A stretch of 64,000 nt of DNA, from the NCBI GenBank assembly GCA_963719035.1, contig CAVRAO010000013.1, positions 1 to 64,000 on the forward strand, in the 5' to 3' direction. This document shows positions 58,534 through 64,000 of this stretch, one piece after another. The DNA comes from Methanobacteriota archaeon (lineage in GTDB: Archaea; Halobacteriota; Bog-38; Methanoflorentales; Methanoflorentaceae). Made by a program: the position numbers and the translations under genes. Position 1 is the stretch's first letter. Each line of letters starts with the position of its first letter. Under the pieces are notes generated by a model. It did no database searches. It was not told the origin of the DNA and saw only the letters and a list, made by a program, of their open reading frames with translations.

Positions 58534-59436
58534 ATGAGTTTGGCCAATATAGTTGAAATAGCGCCGTGTACTCGTGTCGAAGGGCACGCCAAGTTAGTTC
58601 TAGAGACAAACGACGACGGCATAGTGGAAAAAGGAAACTACTTCAGCATAACGCCTGTTAGGAATTTTGAAAAATTCCTTATCGGCAAGCCGATGGAGTT
58701 CGCCCCGATAGCAACGTCGCGGATATGTGGCATCTGCCCTATCTCTCATTCGTGCGCTTCGGTAGAGGCTGTGGAGGACTCAATCGGCGTTGAACCCCCA
58801 AAGGACGGCATGATATTACGAGAACTGGCTGCCATTGCTAACAAAATGCACAGCCATCCGCTTCATAACATTTTGATTTTCCCGGATTTCGGGTGCGGTG
58901 TCGGTTTTGACAAAAACGTCTACGCAGACGCCATGAAGCGCTGTCAGGGAATGAGAAAAGTCGCCCAGAACATCATTGATGTGGTCGGCGGAGAGGGCCT
59001 ACACGCGCCGGACATCGTCATAGGCGGCATGGAACATAACATCAGCGATCTCGCAAGAACGAAATTGCAGAGCAGTCTGCGGACCTACGAGGAGCTTTCA
59101 AACGAACAGACCGACTTCATGATGGGGCTAATCAAGGACTCTGACTATCCATCTGACATGGGGCTGCACGACTACGACGTGTTTGCTTCGGACTTGACTT
59201 ACGGCGATAGAACGGCCTTCCCGTGGGAAACGTTTAACGAAGAACAGCCGAACAACTGGTACAGCTCGCTTGAAGTCGGGCTAGAGGCAAACAACACGAT
59301 ATGCCTTGTTGGCGGCGAACCGGTTGAAGTCGGCCCTCGCGCACGTGCGGTTACGTTCAAGGGATTTAATGAGAGGGGTGCGCTGGCCATCCAAAAGGCA
59401 CGGCAGCGGGAACAAGGTACGCTTGTTCATCGAGCC
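58534..59436 (+). CDS. frhA: F420-reducing [NiFe]-hydrogenase alpha subunit, 3'-truncated by the junction
   Basis: EIAPCTRVEGHAK, ITPVRNFEK, RICGICPISH, GGEGLH.P.I.IGGM, VEVGPRAR; C-terminal L2 motif absent. Confidence 0.88.
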
Positions 59437-59438
59437 GA

Positions 59439-60381
59439 GACGTGTACGACAAGCCCCTGCTCTCAATCGCCCTGGCCCGCCGAATCGCCCCGGAAAAACT
59501 CATCAAGGAAACCGGGGCCGACGCCGCCCGTCGCCTGAACGCGCGCCTGCTGGCCCACACGCACGCCATCCGGATCTGCAAGGACACTCAGCAATTGCGC
59601 ACCACGCGCGGCACCCTACGCTACGACCAGCTGGTGCTGGCCCACGGCGCGCAGGCCGCGCTGCCCCCCGCCCTGCCGGCAGCGCTGTGCTGGCGCATCA
59701 ACCACCTGGGCGCCTACCTGCAACTGCGCGCCGTGCTCGGCGAGGCAGCAGTCACGGGGCCGAAAGACGTGCTGATCGTCGGCGCCGGCCTGATCGGCAG
59801 CGAACTCGCCAACGACCTGGCCCTGGGCGGGCACCGTGTCACCCTGCTCGACGTTCAAGGCAGCCGCTGGCGCGCTGGCGCGCGGACAAGGCCGGCGCAC
59901 AGGTGCTGCAGGCCTGGAAAGGCTGCCGATCCGTTTCGTGGGCGAGGTGAAGGTGGCCAGCGTCGAGCGCCTGGCGCTGGACGCCGAACGACTCTGGCAA
60001 CCCCTGCCCGCAGGCACCGCCTGCGCCGGGCAGACCACGCGGTTGCGGATCACCACCGAATGCGGCCAGCACTTCGCCGCCGACGAGGTGATCGTCGCCG
60101 CTGGCCTGCAGACCCCGAGCCGTCTGGCCCGAAGCGCCAATCTGGCCTGGGCCGACGGCATCGCAGTCGACCCCCACACCCTGCGGACCAGCGATGAAGG
60201 CATCCACGCGATGGGCGACTGCGTCACCCTCGACGGCCAGGCCAGCCGCTACATCGAGCCCATCGCGCGCCAGGCCAAAACCATTGCAGCGGCCCTCACC
60301 GGCTGCGAGCCCATTCCCTATGAGGCAAGGACCGCAGTGATTCGCGTCAAGACCACGTCGATGCCGCTGACGCTGCATTGA
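59439..60381 (+). CDS. FAD-dependent rubredoxin-NAD(+) reductase-like oxidoreductase (5'-truncated, frameshifted)
   Basis: YDKPLLS, YDQLVLAHGA, GAGLIGSELANDL, AMGDC, YIEPI, VKTTSMPL. Confidence 0.8.
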
Positions 60382-60572
60382 GCCGGGTTCCGGACAACGG
60401 CACGGCGGGTTTGGCGGCCACAACGCGGGGACGAACACCGCCAGATGGCGGGTGTGAAGAGGGCTCTCCCGACTCCAAGACTCACTATTGAGCCAAAAGA
60501 GCCCATACCGGCTGCCAAATAGTCACCATCTGCTATCATTACGTGAGCATCCTTGGGGCCGGCGTGCGGTGC

Positions 60573-61015
60573 TCAATATTCCTTGTACGGAAGGAACTTG
60601 CCCGACAGCACCACGTTCACCCGGTCGCCCTTCGGGTCGGGCTGGCGCACGATGTCCATGCTGAAGTCAATCGCGCTCATGATGCCGTCGCCGAACTCCT
60701 CGTGGATCAGTTCCTTGATCGTGGTGCCGTAGACGTTGACGATCTCGTACCAGCGGTAGATCAGCGGGTCGGTCGGCACGGACGTGGGCAGCGAGCCCTT
60801 GTAGGGCACGACCTGCAGCCATTCTGCTCCTCGGCGTTCAGGCCGAAGATCTTGCCGAGGATCTTGGCCTGCTCCGGGCTGGCGGTCATCTGGCCCAGGC
60901 ACAGCGCGGTGGTCCATTCCTTGGACTGTCCGACTTTCTTGGCGACGTCGGCCCACTGGATGCTCTTGGCAACCTTGGTGCTGATGATTTTTTCGGTGAC
61001 TTCCAGTCGGTTCAT
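60573..61015 (-). CDS. cynS: Cyanase (frameshift at ~60825)
   Basis: [10 protein letters not shown] ... [31 protein letters not shown]. Confidence 0.93.
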
Positions 61016-61064
61016 GGGGTGCTCCTGCTTTTCTTGAGGGTTGGGGTGATGGAGGGAAACGAGT

Positions 61065-61902
61065 TCAATGCGCAGTTGCGCGCGTCACGAGGAAGTCCAC
61101 GACGTGATTGCGGAAGTCGTAGTAACCGTCCAGGTGGTGCAGGCTGGCGCGGGTGCGCTGGCGGGGCAGCGGGTTGTTTACGACTTCCGCGATGCCACCA
61201 GGCACATAGCCGGTGCTGGTTTCACTGCCGTTGCTCATCAGCAGGATGCGGTCAGCCAGCAGGATGGCCTCGTCCACGTCGTGCGTGATCATGAAAACCG
61301 TCTGATGCGTCTCGCGCACGATGGCCATCAACTCGTCCTGAATGGTGCCGCGCGTGAGCGCGTCCAGCGCGCCGAAGGGCTCGTCGAGCAGCAGCATCTT
61401 CGGCTGGATGGCAAATGCCCGCGCGATGCCGACGCGCTGCTTCATGCCGCCGGAGAGTTGCGAGGGCTTCTTGTCGATGGCGGCGCTCAGGCCCACCATC
61501 GCGACGAACTTCTCCACATGCCCGTTGACCTTGGCCGCCGGCCACTCGGGCCAGCGCGACTTGACGGCAAACGCGATGTTTCTGCGCACCGTCAGCCAGG
61601 GCATCAGCGCATGACTCTGGAACACCACGCCGCGCTCCAGGCTGGGGCCGGAAACTTCACGGCCGTCCATGAAGACGTTGCCGGAAGTGGCCGTGTCCAG
61701 CCCCGCCAACACGTTCAGGATGGTGGTCTTGCCGCAGCCCGAATGGCCGATGATGCAGACGAACTCGCCGCGGTCCAGCGTGAACGACACATCGGCGAAC
61801 ACCGGCTTGGCGGCGATGTAGGCCTTGCTGAGTTTTCGATCTTGAGGAAGCCGTCCACGGTGGGGGTCTTCTTGGTGTTGCGCCGGAGGCGGAAAGTGCC
61901 AT
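61065..61902 (-). CDS. Cyanate/nitrate ABC transporter ATP-binding subunit (CynD/NrtD-like; 5' frameshifts)
   Basis: GHSGCGKT, LSGGMKQRV, LDEPFGALD, THDVDEA. Confidence 0.88.
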
Positions 61903-61933
61903 GGGCTCCGCGTGCGCGGCGCGCGAGGGGACA

Positions 61934-62797
61934 TCACTCCACATAGGTCACCGCCTTCTGCAACCGGCCAAAGGCCAGGTCCAGCAACATGCCGACCACG
62001 CCGATCACCAGGACGGCGAAGATCACGTTGGTCAGCGACAGGTTGTTCCATTCGTTCCAGACGAAGTAGCCGATGCCGGTGCCACCGACCAGCATCTCCG
62101 CGGCCACGATGACCAGCCAGGCGATGCCCATGCTGATGCGCATCCCGGTCAGGATGGTGGGTGCTGCCGCCGGCAGGATCACCTGGAAGGCCTTGCGCAG
62201 CGACGTGACCTCCAGCGTGCTGGCCACGTTGAGCCATTCGCGCTTGACCGAGGCCACGCCAAACGCGGTGTTGATCAGCATCGGCCAGACCGAGCAGATG
62301 AAGATCACGAAGATGCCGCTCACATCCGAGTCTTTCAACGTGTACAGCGCCAGTGGCATCCAGGCCAGCGGGCTGATCGGCTTGAGCACCTGGATGAAGG
62401 GGTCGAACGCGCGATGCAGCAGCGGCGACATGCCGATCACGAAGCCCAGCGGTATGGCCACCAGGCAGGCCAGCAGAAAACCCAGCCCGACGCGGCCCAG
62501 CGAGTGGGCGAGCTGGATGCCGATGCCCTTGTCGTTCGGCCCCTTGTCGTAGAACGGATTGGCCAGCTGCGCCCAGCTCGCTCGGGCGACCTCGATGGGC
62601 GGCGGGAAGCCGGTGCTCTTTTTGGCGCCGGGGTCCTTGCCCATCAGTTTGGCGTACTCGATCTGCTCAGCGGTCATGCCAGTCGAGGCGCCGCCGATGG
62701 ACGGCCCGCTGGTGGACAGTTGCCAGGCGCCCACAAACAGGCCGAAGATCAGCAGCGTCACCAGGGCGGCGCGCAGGTGAAGGCCGGCGGTTTTCAT
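61934..62797 (-). CDS. Cyanate/nitrate ABC transporter permease (CynB/NrtB-like)
   Basis: PFYDKGPNDKGIG, KPISPLAWMP, AWLVIVAAEML. Confidence 0.9.
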   Translation of the reverse strand: MKTAGLHLRAALVTLLIFGLFVGAWQLSTSGPSIGGASTGMTAEQIEYAKLMGKDPGAKKSTGFPPPIEVARASWAQLANPFYDKGPNDKGIGIQLAHSLGRVGLGFLLACLVAIPLGFVIGMSPLLHRAFDPFIQVLKPISPLAWMPLALYTLKDSDVSGIFVIFICSVWPMLINTAFGVASVKREWLNVASTLEVTSLRKAFQVILPAAAPTILTGMRISMGIAWLVIVAAEMLVGGTGIGYFVWNEWNNLSLTNVIFAVLVIGVVGMLLDLAFGRLQKAVTYVE

Positions 62798-62799
62798 GC

Positions 62800-64000
62800 T
62801 CAGGCCGCCTTGCTGATGGCAAAGCTCCTGACGTATTCGTCGGCCTTGGCCGCATCGAACTCCCGGCCCATGATCTTGTGCTTCACAAAGCCGGGGCCGG
62901 CCGCGAACGGCTGTCCCAGATCTTTCATGTGCTTGCGCGCATCGGTGATCAGGAACACCTTCTCGGCCACCTGCTTGTAGTTGACGTCGCCCTTGAGGTA
63001 GCCCCAGCGTTTCATCTGCGTCAGCATCCAGACCGCCATGCTCTGCCAGGGCATGGGGTCGAAGTCCACACGCTCGGGCACGTTCTGGATGTTGCCCAGC
63101 CCGTCGGCGAACTTGCCGGTGAGCACCTGGGTGAGCAGGGTTTCGGGCTGGTTCAGGTACTGCGCCGGCGCGATCACCTTGGCGATCAGCTCCCGGTTTT
63201 TCGGGTCGCGCGCCATGGCGGCCGAGGTCAGCACGGCACGGTACAACGCGGCGAAGGTGTTGGGGTTCTTCTGGATGAATTCGGTGCTGGTGCCGAAGCG
63301 CAGCAGGGGTGGCCGTTCCACAGGTCCCGGGTCAGGACGTGCAGGAAGCCGACCTCGTCGAACACCGCGCGCTGGTTGAACGGATCGGGGCCGAGGAAGC
63401 CGTCGATGTTGCCGGCGCGCAGGTTCGCGACCAACTCGGCCGGGGGAATCACGCGAAGTTGCACGTCGTTGTCGGGATTGATGCCGTTCTCGGCCAGGTA
63501 GTAGCGCAGCAGGAAATTGTGGATGGAATAGTCGAACGGAATGCCGAACTTGAAGCCCTTCCAGTTCTTCGGATCGCGGTTGTTCTTGTGCTTCAGGGCC
63601 AGGGTGATGGCCTGGCCATTGATGTTCTGGATGGTGGCCACGTTCATCGGCGTGGCGTTGCTGCCCAGCCCCAGGCTGATCGCCAGCGGCATCGGCGACA
63701 GGAAGTGCGAGGCGTCGTACTCCTTGTTGATCATCTTGTCGCGCACCAGGGCCCAACCGGCGGTCTTGGTCACCTCGACGTTCAGGCCCTGCTTGCTGTA
63801 GAAACCCAGCGGATGCGCCATGATCAGCGGCGTGGCGCAGGTGATGGGAATGAAGCCGATCTTCAGATTGGTCTTCTCCAGAGATCCTTTCTCCTGGGCC
63901 ATCGCCTGCAGGCTGGCCACGGGCAGCACGCTGGCGATCGCCGCCATGGCCGTGCCCTTGCCGACCGCCCGCAGGAATCGGCGGCGCTGTTCGTCCTGCG
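62800..64000 (-). CDS. CmpA/NrtA/CynA-family substrate-binding protein (frameshift at ~63300; runs off the window)
   Basis: Tat-like RRRFL, GFIPITCATP, PFDYSIHN, PDPFNQR, HPCC, DFDPMPWQS. Confidence 0.88.
   Translation of the reverse strand, partial: AGRTAPPIPAGGRQGHGHGGDRQRAARGQPAGDGPGERISGEDQSEDRLHSHHLRHAADHGASAGFLQQAGPERRGDQDRRLGPGARQDDQQGVRRLALPVADAAGDQPGAGQQRHADERGHHPEHQWPGHHPGPEAQEQPRSEELEGLQVRHSVRLFHPQFPAALLPGRERHQSRQRRATSRDSPGRVGREPARRQHRRLPRPRSVQPARGVRRGRLPARPDPGPVERPPLLRFGTSTEFIQKNPNTFAALYRAVLTSAAMARDPKNRELIAKVIAPAQYLNQPETLLTQVLTGKFADGLGNIQNVPERVDFDPMPWQSMAVWMLTQMKRWGYLKGDVNYKQVAEKVFLITDARKHMKDLGQPFAAGPGFVKHKIMGREFDAAKADEYVRSFAISKAA

Larger units (their letters stand above)
59437..64000. 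other. High-GC bacterial (betaproteobacteria-like) segment; probable chimeric join
   Basis: Abrupt rise in GC and change in codon usage in the middle of frhA; bacterial genes; both genes at the join are truncated. Confidence 0.85.

Noticed and set aside
58372-59538. 388-aa ORF as a complete FrhA
   Set aside because: The 5' extension is promoter sequence and the last ~33 aa are read-through into foreign DNA; no L2 motif
59306-63801. Many long overlapping alternative ORFs
   Set aside because: Shadow ORFs typical of high-GC DNA, antisense to or out of frame with recognisable genes

Overview
Bases 1 to ~59,437 are moderate-GC archaeal DNA, most consistent with a Halobacteriota methanogen (FrhA, FdhC, NpdG, Tes, CarS, Sm, DUF2117, PGF-CTERM protein). 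This part holds mre11-rad50, sod, hsp20, a complete group-4 membrane-bound [NiFe]-hydrogenase operon, tRNA-Gln(CTG), lipid and housekeeping genes, and several secreted accessory proteins. At ~59,437 frhA is cut abruptly and joined to very GC-rich, betaproteobacteria-like DNA (rubredoxin reductase-like gene, cyanase, cyanate/nitrate ABC transporter). This is most likely a chimeric join. Many single-base frameshifts, one of them in purD, point to long-read consensus errors. The best candidate for a new system is the two-gene operon at 6075-12387. It encodes an HExxH + MIDAS/VWA protein and a protein with ~14 recently duplicated 38-aa HEAT repeats plus two midasin/Rea1-like AAA+ modules. The lid of the second AAA module appears to have moved to the N-terminus, so the operon looks like a split, circularly permuted archaeal mini-midasin. 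All family assignments come from motif recognition by eye; no searches were run.
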